This document shows, in pieces, positions 19,033 to 28,787 of a stretch of 64,000 nucleotides of DNA (within the stretch, counting starts at the first letter, position 1; each line of letters starts with the position of its first letter). Source of the DNA: Paludibacteraceae bacterium (lineage in GTDB: Bacteria; Bacteroidota; Bacteroidia; Bacteroidales; Paludibacteraceae). Both the position numbers and the translations under genes were made by a program. The stretch covers positions 5,823 to 69,822 of the forward strand of contig JAZNRY010000101.1 in NCBI GenBank assembly GCA_045590995.1. The letters run 5' to 3'. The notes beneath the pieces are model-generated. The model was not told where the DNA came from. It saw nothing but the letters and a program-made list of their open reading frames with translations, and did not search any database.

Positions 19033-19716
19033 TTATTCATTCATGTTTACTAATTTGTATCCCTTACCATGCACGCTGAGTATCTTGATTGCATTTTCTT
19101 TGCCGATATAGTTGCGCAAATGGTTGATATACACGCTCAGTGAACGCGAATTGAAATAGGTGTCGCTGCCCCATAGTGTCATTAAAATACGACTGCGCTC
19201 AACCATCTTTCCCATGTTCTGGCAAAGGATAAGCAGTAGTTCATTTTCGCGAGAGCTGAGTTTTTGTTCACCTAATAACTGACGCACAGCATCGAAAGGT
19301 ATGCCATTGAGATCAAATTTCATTTCGTCTTCATGTACTGCTGCTTTGTAGCGACGGAGAACGGCCTCAATCTTACAAACAAGAATATCTATCGAAAAAG
19401 GTTTGGTTACATAGTCGTCGCACCCAAGATTGTACCCTCGGATGATGTCTTCGCGATCGGTTTTTCCTGAGGTGATAATCACAGGCAAAGGATTACTGCT
19501 GTCACGCAACGATTTGAGAACCTGCCAACCATTCATTCGAGGCATCATAATGTCTAAAAGCAAAAGATCGTAATGCTTTTTATTCACCAATTCCCAGCCT
19601 TCTTGACCATCGGTGGCTGTATCTATTACATACCCTTTGTCTTGAAGATAGTCTGCAAGAACTGTGGAGAGATTGATGTCATCTTCAATTATCAAAATAT
19701 GTGTTGTCATAGACAT
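19033..19716 (-). CDS. OmpR/PhoB-type response regulator (no adjacent histidine kinase)
   Basis: Receiver ILIIEDD..LLLLDIMMP..T/K. Winged-helix C-terminus LSSRENELLLIL..HGKGYKL. Confidence 0.85.
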   Translation of the reverse strand: MSMTTHILIIEDDINLSTVLADYLQDKGYVIDTATDGQEGWELVNKKHYDLLLLDIMMPRMNGWQVLKSLRDSSNPLPVIITSGKTDREDIIRGYNLGCDDYVTKPFSIDILVCKIEAVLRRYKAAVHEDEMKFDLNGIPFDAVRQLLGEQKLSSRENELLLILCQNMGKMVERSRILMTLWGSDTYFNSRSLSVYINHLRNYIGKENAIKILSVHGKGYKLVNMNE

Positions 19717-19802
19717 TTTGTATTATATTTGCGATAATATTTTAACAAATACCATGCCAAAAATAAAAATAAGGTATAAAAAAACGAAATAATGGTGTGA
19801 TA

Positions 19803-19834
19803 TTTGCACTAATGCAAAAAAAGTTGTACCTTTG
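19803..19834 (+). promoter_or_regulatory. ansA promoter
   Basis: TTTG at 19803-19806 and TACCTTTG at 19827-19834. Confidence 0.6.
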
Positions 19835-19851
19835 TCTCAAAATTCTGTGTG

Positions 19852-20880
19852 ATGAAAGTATTGGTGATATTAACAGGCGGAACTATATCAATGGTTCGTG
19901 ATGCGCATTCAGGTTCGTTGTGCCCAGCTGATTTGCATACTTTCAAGGCGTATGTGCCTGAAATGTTTGCGGGTGATAATCATGTGGATATGATGCCTTT
20001 TGACCCATTGTTGGACTCCTCTGACCTCAATCCCGATAGTTGGCGGCAAATGGCGCAAATGGTACAAGAGCATTATGATGAATACGACGGTTTTGTTATT
20101 TTGCACGGTACAGACACCATGTCTTATTCTGCTTCAGCGCTTAGTTTTATGCTCGAACACTTGCGCAAACCAGTGGTGTTTACGGGTAGTCAGTTGCCTG
20201 TGGGTGTGCTGCGTTCGGATGCTAAAGAGAACTTGCTGACCGCTATAGAGATTGCAGGTGCGTATGACAATGATGGCAATGCAATTGTGCCAGAGGTGAC
20301 TGTATATATGGATGGCGAGTTGTATCGTGGCAATCGTACTACTAAACGCAATGCGGAACATTTTTCGGCATTCACCTCCTACAACTACCCAGCATTGGCT
20401 CGTGCAGGAGTGCATATCACTTATAATCGCCAGTTGATACATTACGGAGAGTCGCTACAACCATTGCATGTGTATGACCAGTTTGATACGCGCGTGGCGA
20501 TACTGAAACTCTTTCCCGGTATTTCAGAAGTTGTTGTGGAGGCTGTGTTGAATATTCCTAATCTGCGAGGTGTTGTGTTGGAAACTTTTGGCGCGGGTAA
20601 TGCACCTACTCACGAGTGGCTTTACCGTGCGCTGCGTAATGCAGTGGATAGAGGGGTGGTAGTTGTGAACAAAACACAATGTAATACGGGGTCAGTGAGT
20701 ATGGGACACTATGCTGTGAGTCTTAATCTGCTAAAAGCGGGCGTGATTTCGGGCTATGACATTACGACGGAGGCTTTGCTGACCAAAATGATGCACCTGC
20801 TCGGCGAAAATCCGAATGATATAGAAACTGTGAAACAAATGCTCTCTTCGTCGCTTCGTGGAGAATTAACAATAGGGTAG
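19852..20880 (+). CDS. ansA: L-asparaginase, type I
   Basis: TGGTISM and HGTDTM motifs. ATG 19852 follows the consensus promoter at 19803-19834. Confidence 0.9.
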   Translation: MKVLVILTGGTISMVRDAHSGSLCPADLHTFKAYVPEMFAGDNHVDMMPFDPLLDSSDLNPDSWRQMAQMVQEHYDEYDGFVILHGTDTMSYSASALSFMLEHLRKPVVFTGSQLPVGVLRSDAKENLLTAIEIAGAYDNDGNAIVPEVTVYMDGELYRGNRTTKRNAEHFSAFTSYNYPALARAGVHITYNRQLIHYGESLQPLHVYDQFDTRVAILKLFPGISEVVVEAVLNIPNLRGVVLETFGAGNAPTHEWLYRALRNAVDRGVVVVNKTQCNTGSVSMGHYAVSLNLLKAGVISGYDITTEALLTKMMHLLGENPNDIETVKQMLSSSLRGELTIG

Positions 20881-20953
20881 GGGCGGATATTGAGTATCGA
20901 TTGTTGATTATTGGATAGTGAATAATTTGGATAATAATAAAATACATAATGAT

Positions 20954-22393
20954 ATGAAAAATTTAGAACCAAAGGCAGTATGGAGCAATTTCCATCGCTT
21001 GACACAAATTCCCCGTCCATCGGGAAAGAAAGAAGAAGTAACTGCATTTTTGGCAGATTATGGTCGTTCATTGGGTTTGGAAACCGTTGTTGATAGCATA
21101 GGTAATGTGATTATTCGCAAACCTGCGAGTCCTGGCTATGAAAATCATCCGGGTGTGATTCTGCAAGGACATAGCGATATGGTGCCACAAAAGAACAACG
21201 ACACCGTTTTTGATTTTGAGAAAGACCCTATTGAAGCATATGTGGACGGCGAATGGGTGACAGCCAAAGGTACTACACTTGGTGCCGATAATGGTATTGG
21301 TGTGGCTGCTGCAATGGCTATTTTGGCGGATAAGAACGCGGTACACCCACCGTTGGAGATGTTGGTGACAGTAGATGAGGAGACTGGTATGTATGGTGCC
21401 TTTGCATTGGAAGGTGGTATGTTGCAAGGTAAGACATTGCTTAATTTGGATTCTGAAGCGGAGGGCGAATTATATGTTGGCTGTGCAGGCGGTGTGGACA
21501 CCACTGCTAAGTTTGCATACACGCCAGTAGAGGTAGAGGAAGGCGATGTAGCCGTAAAAGTGAGCATCACAGGTTGCAAGGGTGGTCACTCGGGTTGCGA
21601 TATTCATCTGCAACGCGCGAATGCCAACAAACTGTTGTTCCGCTTCTTGAAAGAGGCTGTGGCTAACTACGAAGCACGCTTGGCAAGTGTAGAGGGTGGT
21701 AGTTTGCGTAATGCTATCCCACGCGAGGCATCAGCCGTTATCACCGTTCCTGCTGAAGGTGTGGACGATATTATGGATTTGGTGGCAGAATGTGAAGATT
21801 TGTTCGTGACAGAATATGATGGTGTAGAAGACAATATCCGTTTGACCGCAGAGGAGGTGGCATGTCCTGCAACCGAGTTGCCAGAAGATGTGCAAGACTT
21901 CTTGATTCACGCCATTATAGCATGTCCTCATGGCGTATATCGTGTGATACCAGAGATGCCAGATGTGGTAGAAACCAGCAACAACCTTGCTATGCTGACC
22001 ACTACAGAGGATTGTGTGACAGTGATGTGCTTGACCCGCTCGTCAGTAGAATCACGCAAAGAGGAATTGCAAGAGATTATCCACTCGGTATTTGCTATGG
22101 CAGGTGCAGAAGTGGAGTTCTCGGGATCGTATCCGGGGTGGAAGCCTAATTTGAAGAGTCATATTCTGGAAGTGATGAAAAATACATACCAAACCAACTA
22201 TGGCGTAGAGCCCCGCGTGATAATTATCCACGCAGGATTGGAGTGCGGTATCATTGGTAGAAATTACCCCGGTATGGATATGATTTCGTTTGGTCCTACT
22301 ATTAAATATCCTCATTCACCCGATGAGCGCGTGAATATTGCGTCGGTGGAGAAGTTCTACGAATTTTTGTTAGCAACACTCAAGGCATTATAA
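20954..22393 (+). CDS. pepD: aminoacyl-histidine dipeptidase (M20C)
   Basis: LEPKAVWSNFHRLTQIPRPSG, HSDMV, GADNGIG, DEETGM. I prefer the start at MKNLEPK (20954) over 20918. Confidence 0.85.
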   Translation: MKNLEPKAVWSNFHRLTQIPRPSGKKEEVTAFLADYGRSLGLETVVDSIGNVIIRKPASPGYENHPGVILQGHSDMVPQKNNDTVFDFEKDPIEAYVDGEWVTAKGTTLGADNGIGVAAAMAILADKNAVHPPLEMLVTVDEETGMYGAFALEGGMLQGKTLLNLDSEAEGELYVGCAGGVDTTAKFAYTPVEVEEGDVAVKVSITGCKGGHSGCDIHLQRANANKLLFRFLKEAVANYEARLASVEGGSLRNAIPREASAVITVPAEGVDDIMDLVAECEDLFVTEYDGVEDNIRLTAEEVACPATELPEDVQDFLIHAIIACPHGVYRVIPEMPDVVETSNNLAMLTTTEDCVTVMCLTRSSVESRKEELQEIIHSVFAMAGAEVEFSGSYPGWKPNLKSHILEVMKNTYQTNYGVEPRVIIIHAGLECGIIGRNYPGMDMISFGPTIKYPHSPDERVNIASVEKFYEFLLATLKAL

Positions 22394-22394
22394 C

Positions 22395-23336
22395 ATGACA
22401 CAAACCAAAAGAACAATGAATAAAATAGGAATAGTTCTTCTGCTATGGATGTGCTGTGCCATGACGGTTGTATCGCAGAATGTGGTTGTGCTATTCGATG
22501 AAGAGGAATATGTGGAACAGAGTGCTTCGGACACGCTTGTTATTGATACGCTTGTTTCGGACACAATGACTATGGATACTTTGCCTTCTGTTGATGTGGA
22601 GTCTGCACACATGTCGCCTGCTTTTTCTGTCCAATATAAGTCGGATGTGCGCCATATACGCGATTCGCTGAAGCAAACAATGCGTTTGGCACGAGGAGTC
22701 ATGCATAAGAATGTGCGTACTATGCGCGATTCTGTTCGCCAAAACTTGCATGTTTTGGCTGGCAAAAACCCGCATCAATTGCGTGTTGGATGGGGTGATC
22801 AATTGTTCGAGTCGTTGATGTGGTATAACCAACTGCACTCGACGATTTATCCCGAGTCGTTTGTAGAGGAATATAGCGAAGAATACCGCTATTTGCAACA
22901 TTGGTTTGTGGAATATCAGTATCGTGTTCGTTATTGGTTTAATGTTGGTGCTATGGTGGATTATAGTGGTGTGCTGTGGGATAAGGTGATGCGCAATGGC
23001 AAAGGCGATGAGGTGAACCGTGAGAAGAATTGCGACTTCCACAACATTGCCATCATGGTCACAACGCGTTTCACATACATGCACTCCAAATATGTGTCGC
23101 TGTATTCGGGATTAGGTGCTGGCTTGAATATAAATACTGGCTCCGAAATAGATTACCGCGGTCGCAAGACAGCATTGGCTCCAGCGTTGAGTTTGACCGT
23201 TCTTGGCATGAATGTAGGTAACGAACGGTGGTTTGGTGCGGTAGAGTTTGGTGGACTATACTCGCTGATGAATATTCACGAAGTATATATGGCAGGTTCG
23301 CGTATGTTCACTGTATCTGTAGGTTGTAGATTTTAG
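22395..23336 (+). CDS. putative outer-membrane beta-barrel protein with DTLxx repeat linker
   Basis: Signal peptide. A DTLVIDTLVSDTMTMDTLPS repeat. Alternating-hydrophobic strands and a C-terminal ...FTVSVGCRF ending in Phe. Confidence 0.45.
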   Translation: MTQTKRTMNKIGIVLLLWMCCAMTVVSQNVVVLFDEEEYVEQSASDTLVIDTLVSDTMTMDTLPSVDVESAHMSPAFSVQYKSDVRHIRDSLKQTMRLARGVMHKNVRTMRDSVRQNLHVLAGKNPHQLRVGWGDQLFESLMWYNQLHSTIYPESFVEEYSEEYRYLQHWFVEYQYRVRYWFNVGAMVDYSGVLWDKVMRNGKGDEVNREKNCDFHNIAIMVTTRFTYMHSKYVSLYSGLGAGLNINTGSEIDYRGRKTALAPALSLTVLGMNVGNERWFGAVEFGGLYSLMNIHEVYMAGSRMFTVSVGCRF

Positions 23337-23353
23337 AGAAGAGATAAGAGAAT

Positions 23354-24670
23354 ATGAAGCGTAATATTATTATTTTACAATTGTCGTGTCTGCTATTGTC
23401 GGGCTGTTATAAGGGCGAAGTGCAATATGTAGATTTTACGGATTTGAGTATGGCAGAAAATAGTACTTTTCGTGTGACTGCACAAAAGACGACCAACTTG
23501 CAAGACTTGAGCAATGACCCTGAAATGTTGGAGCTGTGGGGAATGACAGATACCACTACGACAGCAAGAACGAATGTGGCAGGCATAACGAATCAACAAC
23601 GAGCAACTTCTACCTCGGTAGCGGGTATTATGCAAGAGTTGTTGGATTTTAGCAAAGTGCCTGTGGCGATTGAGTTGAGTGGTTTGTATAAGTCTGTGGA
23701 TGTGGATGATAATCCAATTTGGTTGTCTGGAAAAGTAATTCTGCCAGCCAAAGGACCTATCAAACGATATATCTTAGTGTCGCACTACACCATTGCCAGC
23801 AATAGAGAAGCACCAAGCAATATATTTTCGTTGGAAGGCTTGTTGGTGAAGTTGGGTTATGCGTTGATTATTCCCGATTACATAGGGTATGGTGTCACAT
23901 GGGATAAAGTACACCCCTATCTGGTCATGGAACTCACGGTACGCAATGTACTGGATATGTACTATGCGGTGGTGCCATTTTTGGAAAAAGCAGGTTGTGC
24001 GCCCGAACATGATGATATTTACTTGATGGGCTATTCACAGGGAGGTGCTACCACTATGGCGGTACAACACGAGATAGAGCACCACGATCACCCCATCAAG
24101 ATTCGCCGTGTGTTCGCGGGTGGTGGTCCGTATGATATAAAATATACTTATGACCAGTTTGTGGAAACCAATTGGGCATCCTATCCATGTGCAGTGCCTA
24201 TCATGATGCAAGGTATGGTAGTGGGCAACAAACTCAATCTGGATATGCGTACAATGATGGCAGACTATATATATGAGAACTTGGACGAATGGGTGAATAG
24301 CAAACGCTATACCACCAATCAAATCAATGCGCTGATTGGTACAAAAGTAACAAGCGAACTGCTGACATCTGTAGGTATGGATCGCCAGAGTAAAGAGGTT
24401 TCGGAATTATACAAAGCCATGACCGAGAACTCCATTCTGACTTATTCTTGGACCCCAAAAGCACCTGTGTATATGTTCCACTCGATGGATGATGATGTGG
24501 TGCCATTTGAGAATGCTATGCGTGCTAAAAGTAAATGGAAAAATGCGAATATCCAATATAGTTTTGGTCACTATGGCAATCACCAAATTGGTTGTGTTCG
24601 ATTTATTTATACAGTACAAACTTTATTGAAAAACGATGAGAAAGAAGAAAATGGAAACTTTGATTTCTAA
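23354..24670 (+). CDS. lipoprotein, alpha/beta-hydrolase (secretory lipase-like)
   Basis: Lipobox LLLSGC. GYSQGG nucleophile elbow. Late MFHSMDDDVVP and GHYGNH, consistent with Asp and His of a catalytic triad. Confidence 0.6.
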   Translation: MKRNIIILQLSCLLLSGCYKGEVQYVDFTDLSMAENSTFRVTAQKTTNLQDLSNDPEMLELWGMTDTTTTARTNVAGITNQQRATSTSVAGIMQELLDFSKVPVAIELSGLYKSVDVDDNPIWLSGKVILPAKGPIKRYILVSHYTIASNREAPSNIFSLEGLLVKLGYALIIPDYIGYGVTWDKVHPYLVMELTVRNVLDMYYAVVPFLEKAGCAPEHDDIYLMGYSQGGATTMAVQHEIEHHDHPIKIRRVFAGGGPYDIKYTYDQFVETNWASYPCAVPIMMQGMVVGNKLNLDMRTMMADYIYENLDEWVNSKRYTTNQINALIGTKVTSELLTSVGMDRQSKEVSELYKAMTENSILTYSWTPKAPVYMFHSMDDDVVPFENAMRAKSKWKNANIQYSFGHYGNHQIGCVRFIYTVQTLLKNDEKEENGNFDF

Positions 24671-25619
24671 TATATGGTGTCGTCCCATGAGATGGTTGCA
24701 CAATCATGGTGGTCATTGCGTGTGTGCATTGTTTGTGGGCATGTGGCTCATGAGTTTTGCTGCATGTAATCCTGAAGTGGCAGCACATACCGAAGGTGTA
24801 GAGATAACGATTGATATTGAGCAGGTGTCGGCAGGTTTTGCACAGGTTAGTTTTTCGACCAATAAAGAAGCGTTTTATCTCATCAGTATTCAACCTACAC
24901 AAGAGGGGGTTGATCCACAAAAGATTGCTAAAACCTTTATGCTATTATCGTTGGATAGCGCATATGTCGATTATCTATATTGGCGTAATAAGCAGTTGCA
25001 GCAACATATCCCTTTCGTGGCGGATTTCTCTTCTCACTCGTTGCAGTATGGCGATATAACCCATTTTTTCACGCTGTTGCAACCAAGCACGGAGTATTGG
25101 GTGTATGCTTTTGTGGTTGACCCTAATACCAATAAGCCTGCGGGTAAACTGTTCTTGGAGACTATCACCACCGACAGCATCAGCCGAATACCTGTGCAAT
25201 TTGAGTATCGTATTGATGGCTACTGGGATTATATCTACCCCATAGATTCAACGGGCGAGATCGTATCAACCATACCTTGGATAGGCGAGACGATAGATAG
25301 TCTGACTATTCGTGAGGACGGTTGGCGTGTGCCGGGTGAATACTTCTTCAACCGCTTTAAGACGGTGTATTATGAAGACTACGAGCGTATATTATATGGT
25401 ATATACGCGCATGAGAACAATGGTGTAGGCGATGGTACTTCTGCGACTCACTTTGAGGTAGGTAAGACATATTATACAGCTATGGCAGCGTTGGACGCTC
25501 CGCTGGTATTTCCTTTGCCAAAGAATATTTATAATATCTACCGCTTCACATGGACAGGCGAACAGATGGATACCGTTCTGATTCCTGAAAATAGTATGGT
25601 GGGAGACTGGGACTGGTAA
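24636..25619 (+). CDS. hypothetical lipoprotein
   Basis: The longest ORF overlaps the upstream gene by 35 nt. The likely start is MRWL at 24687, which gives the signal ...LFVGMWLMSFAAC. I recognise no family. Confidence 0.4.
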   Translation: MRKKKMETLISNIWCRPMRWLHNHGGHCVCALFVGMWLMSFAACNPEVAAHTEGVEITIDIEQVSAGFAQVSFSTNKEAFYLISIQPTQEGVDPQKIAKTFMLLSLDSAYVDYLYWRNKQLQQHIPFVADFSSHSLQYGDITHFFTLLQPSTEYWVYAFVVDPNTNKPAGKLFLETITTDSISRIPVQFEYRIDGYWDYIYPIDSTGEIVSTIPWIGETIDSLTIREDGWRVPGEYFFNRFKTVYYEDYERILYGIYAHENNGVGDGTSATHFEVGKTYYTAMAALDAPLVFPLPKNIYNIYRFTWTGEQMDTVLIPENSMVGDWDW

Positions 25620-25635
25620 ACAAAATTACAAGCAC

Positions 25636-25676
25636 AAAAAATCACACTGCTGTGTAAACTGTAGTGTGATTTTTTT
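25636..25676. terminator. bidirectional terminator between convergent genes
   Basis: AAAAA-ATCACACT-N14-AGTGTGAT-TTTTTT. Confidence 0.6.
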
Positions 25677-25704
25677 ATGCTTATGTACTTTGATTGTCTG
25701 GGGA

Positions 25705-26295
25705 CTATGCTTGTTCTTGGGCGAGTGCTTTCTCGTAGCAAGCACGGCAGAGTGGCTCATAGCTCTCGGTCTCGCCGAGCAAGACGCGCTTATCGCTGCT
25801 AACGGTACGGTGGCTGACATATGCCAAGTCGCCACAATGCACGCAGATGGCGTGGGTCTTATACACATCATCAGCAATGGCCATCAACGCTGGCATGGGT
25901 CCGAAAGGCACACCCTTGAAGTCCATATCCAAGCCCGCACAAATGACACGGATACCGCGGCGCGCCAACTCGTTGGCTACTTCCACGATGCCCATATCAA
26001 AGAATTGTGCTTCGTCGATGCCGACAACATCTACATCATTTGCCATGAGGAGAATGTTTTGACTGCTATCCACGGGAGTGGATTGGATGGCATTGCGGTC
26101 GTGACTGACTACTTCGGCTTCGCTATAGCGCACATCGATAGCGGGTTTGAAGATTTCTACTTTCAGTTTGGCAAACTGTGCGCGTTTCATACGGCGGATA
26201 AGTTCTTCGGTCTTGCCTGAGAACATACTTCCGCAAACTACTTCAATACTTCCTTTGCGGAACTTCGGACCTCGTGTTTCTAATTCATTATACAT
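25705..26295 (-). CDS. tdk: thymidine kinase
   Basis: Trimmed to MYNELE (ATG 26295). [16 protein letters not shown]-loop. C-terminal Zn ribbon CVHCG..CRACY. Confidence 0.9.
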   Translation of the reverse strand: MYNELETRGPKFRKGSIEVVCGSMFSGKTEELIRRMKRAQFAKLKVEIFKPAIDVRYSEAEVVSHDRNAIQSTPVDSSQNILLMANDVDVVGIDEAQFFDMGIVEVANELARRGIRVICAGLDMDFKGVPFGPMPALMAIADDVYKTHAICVHCGDLAYVSHRTVSSDKRVLLGETESYEPLCRACYEKALAQEQA

Positions 26296-26373
26296 AGCTA
26301 CTGGTATTGAAAAACAACTTTGGATTTTTTGTATTAACAACAACTTAATTAAAAAAAACAACTCAAACAACTT

Positions 26374-26399
26374 GCGCGGCAATCAACTTCCTGCCGCGC
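26374..26399. repeat. GC-hairpin repeat (REP-like), copy a
   Basis: GCGCGGCA-atcaacttcc-TGCCGCGC, preceded by AACAACTCAAACAAC. Confidence 0.75.
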
Positions 26400-26425
26400 T
26401 AAGGAATTATTTTTAGGTATGTTAG

Positions 26426-26848
26426 TTACTCGAATATATTTCCATTGTAAGTTAGTATCTCATTGATAGTTGGGTCGTAGAAATACCTTTCGATTTCAAT
26501 ATTTTTTGGTGCAAAGTTAACCAATACGCCAGATTTCACTTTGGTTAATCGCATATAATTAAATAATTGAGCACGATGCTCGGTATGTAGTTTCTCTACT
26601 GCTTTACACTCTATAATGTCTAAATCATGGTATATAAAATCCAATCGGTATGTCGCATTTAATTGTTTACCTCGATAGATTGGATGAAAAGTTTTTTCTC
26701 TCTCAAAAGAAAGCCCCTCTTCTGCTAACTCCAAACCCAATGCCTCTTGATATACATATTCATTCAATCCAGGTCCAAGTTCTTCATGTACCTTATAAAT
26801 AGCCCCTACAATCAAGTAGAGTAAATCTTTGAGTATATCTAATTTCAT
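26426..26848 (-). CDS. GxxExxY family protein (PD-(D/E)XK-like small protein)
   Basis: Trimmed to MKLDIL (ATG 26848). Literal signature G-L-N-E-Y-V-Y in ELGPGLNEYVYQEAL. The later DFIYHDLDIIECK is nuclease-core-like. Confidence 0.75.
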   Translation of the reverse strand: MKLDILKDLLYLIVGAIYKVHEELGPGLNEYVYQEALGLELAEEGLSFEREKTFHPIYRGKQLNATYRLDFIYHDLDIIECKAVEKLHTEHRAQLFNYMRLTKVKSGVLVNFAPKNIEIERYFYDPTINEILTYNGNIFE

Positions 26849-26859
26849 CTTATTCTTGA

Positions 26860-26885
26860 GCGCGCAAGGAAGTTGATTTGCGCGC
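26860..26885. repeat. GC-hairpin repeat, copy b (inverted relative to a)
   Basis: Reverse complement reads AACAACATAAACAAA-TTGCGCGCAA-atcaacttcc-TTGCGCGC. Confidence 0.75.
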
Positions 26886-26905
26886 AATTTGTTTATGTTG
26901 TTTTC

Positions 26906-28714
26906 TTAATCCGAAGCAACAATGTCTTGTACCATCATTTGGATGGTGGTATAATGGTTGAAGGTGTTTTCGTTGAGTTCGTAGCAGATGTCCACGGCAT
27001 TGCCGTTTTGAATATACTCTGCCATATCGGCACGCCCGAAGGCGATGCCTGTGATAGCGCTCATGCGGTCGGTGACATCCAATCGCAAATGCTCACGCTC
27101 TTTGCCCACAGCGCGCGTGTCGCGGTGATTGATCAGTCGGCGCGATACAAACAGCGGGCGCGGATTACCTGGACCAAAAGGTTCTAAGTGACGCAGCACA
27201 TTGTAGAAGGACTTGGTAATATCGCCCAACTGCAACTCTGCCTCAATATCCAATGTGGGTTGCAACTGATTCGGTTGTATATGCGCTGCCACATACGCTT
27301 CAAAGCGTTGCTTAAACTCTTGTAAATCATCAATATGCATGCTCAGTCCAGCCGCATATTTATGTCCGCCAAAGTTAGTGAGCAAGTCATGGCACGAATC
27401 AATAGCAGCATAGATATCAAATCCTCCTACCGAACGAGCCGAGCCTGAGATGATACCATCCTCGCCTGCGGTGAGAACGATAGTAGGACGGTAGTAGGTT
27501 TCTGTGAGGCGTGATGCGACAATACCCACAACGCCTTTGTGCCAATGAGGGGCATAGACTACGGTCGAATGGCGGTTAGCGAAGGCGGGGTCGTCTTGCA
27601 ATTGCAGCAATGCCTCTTTGGTGGTTTCTGTGTCGCAGTCGCGGCGGTCATCGTTGTGCTGATTGACTTCTTCTGCTTGTTGGCGTGCAAAAACAGGGTC
27701 GTCGGTCAGGAGCAGTTCTACGGCTGCGCGACCAGATTTCATGCGTCCACAAGCGTTGATGCGCGGCCCAATCTTATATACTAATTCATTGATTGTTATC
27801 TTCTTTGCCTCAATACCTGCCACTTGCATGATTGCCGATAAACCCGTGAAAGGTTGGGTGTTGAGTTGCTGAATACCGAAGTGCGCCAAGATTCGGTTTT
27901 CGCCTGTGATAGGCACGATATCCGAGGCAATGGACATAGCGAGCAACTGCAATAGTGGCAGAAGCCTCTCGCCTGATAGCCTAATAGCCTCATTGCCTTT
28001 CGCTTCAATTAAGTATCTTTGGGTATATGCTTGCGCCAGTTTGAAACCGACTCCGCAGCCTGAAAGGTCTTTGTATGGGTATGGGCAATCGCTGCGCTTC
28101 ATATTCAGCACTGCTACAGCATTGGGTAATTCGTCGCCAGGGGTATGGTGGTCGCAGACAATGACATCAATGCCTTTACTATTGGCGTAGGCGATTTTCT
28201 CAACGGCTTTGATACCGCAGTCAAGCGTGATAATCAGACTACATCCTTGCGCTACTGCGTAGTCTATACCTTGCGTGGATACGCCATAACCCTCGGTATA
28301 TCTATCGGGAATATAGTAGTCGATGTTGGACGGCGTTCCGCCTATTGGGTATTGGACGCCCTGCGGGCTATTGGCTATTTGACCATTATCCATTATCCCC
28401 TCCAAAAACCGATACATCAGTGCCACAGCAGTGGTGCCGTCCACATCATAGTCGCCGTAGATGAGGATTTTCTCGCCTCGTGTGATGGCTTGGTGCAGAC
28501 GCTCTACGGCTTTGTCCATGTCCTTCATGAGGAACGGATCATGCAGATTGTCCAGCGATGGGCGCACAAAAGCGCGTGCCTCATCAGCGGTCTGTATGCC
28601 ACGCACGACCAACATACGCGCGGCAGCGGAACTGATGTTCAGTTCGCGCTCCAACTGCTGTTGCACCTCCTGTTCCACCGCAGTCAAATGCCGTATGTTC
28701 CATTGGTAGGTCAT
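26906..28714 (-). CDS. recJ: single-stranded-DNA-specific exonuclease RecJ
   Basis: IYGDYDVDGTT, ITLDCG, VCDHH, and DHHA1 motif GGHKYAAG. It carries an in-frame repeat insert at 28325-28382. Confidence 0.95.
   Translation of the reverse strand: MTYQWNIRHLTAVEQEVQQQLERELNISSAAARMLVVRGIQTADEARAFVRPSLDNLHDPFLMKDMDKAVERLHQAITRGEKILIYGDYDVDGTTAVALMYRFLEGIMDNGQIANSPQGVQYPIGGTPSNIDYYIPDRYTEGYGVSTQGIDYAVAQGCSLIITLDCGIKAVEKIAYANSKGIDVIVCDHHTPGDELPNAVAVLNMKRSDCPYPYKDLSGCGVGFKLAQAYTQRYLIEAKGNEAIRLSGERLLPLLQLLAMSIASDIVPITGENRILAHFGIQQLNTQPFTGLSAIMQVAGIEAKKITINELVYKIGPRINACGRMKSGRAAVELLLTDDPVFARQQAEEVNQHNDDRRDCDTETTKEALLQLQDDPAFANRHSTVVYAPHWHKGVVGIVASRLTETYYRPTIVLTAGEDGIISGSARSVGGFDIYAAIDSCHDLLTNFGGHKYAAGLSMHIDDLQEFKQRFEAYVAAHIQPNQLQPTLDIEAELQLGDITKSFYNVLRHLEPFGPGNPRPLFVSRRLINHRDTRAVGKEREHLRLDVTDRMSAITGIAFGRADMAEYIQNGNAVDICYELNENTFNHYTTIQMMVQDIVASD
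28325..28382 (-). repeat. in-frame palindromic-unit repeat element (copy in recJ)
   Basis: TTGGACGGCGTTCCGCCTATTGGGTATTGGACGCCCTGCGGGCTATTGG. Translated as ANSPQGVQYPIGGTPSN. Confidence 0.8.
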
Positions 28715-28724
28715 GATTCGGCTG

Positions 28725-28756
28725 CAAAGGTACGAAAAAAAATGTAGAAAAGCAAG
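28725..28756 (-). promoter_or_regulatory. recJ promoter
   Basis: Reverse-strand TACCTTTG at 28725-28732 and CTTG at 28753-28756. Confidence 0.55.
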
Positions 28757-28787
28757 AAAACGAATAAAAAAGTGTTAGGATTATTTT

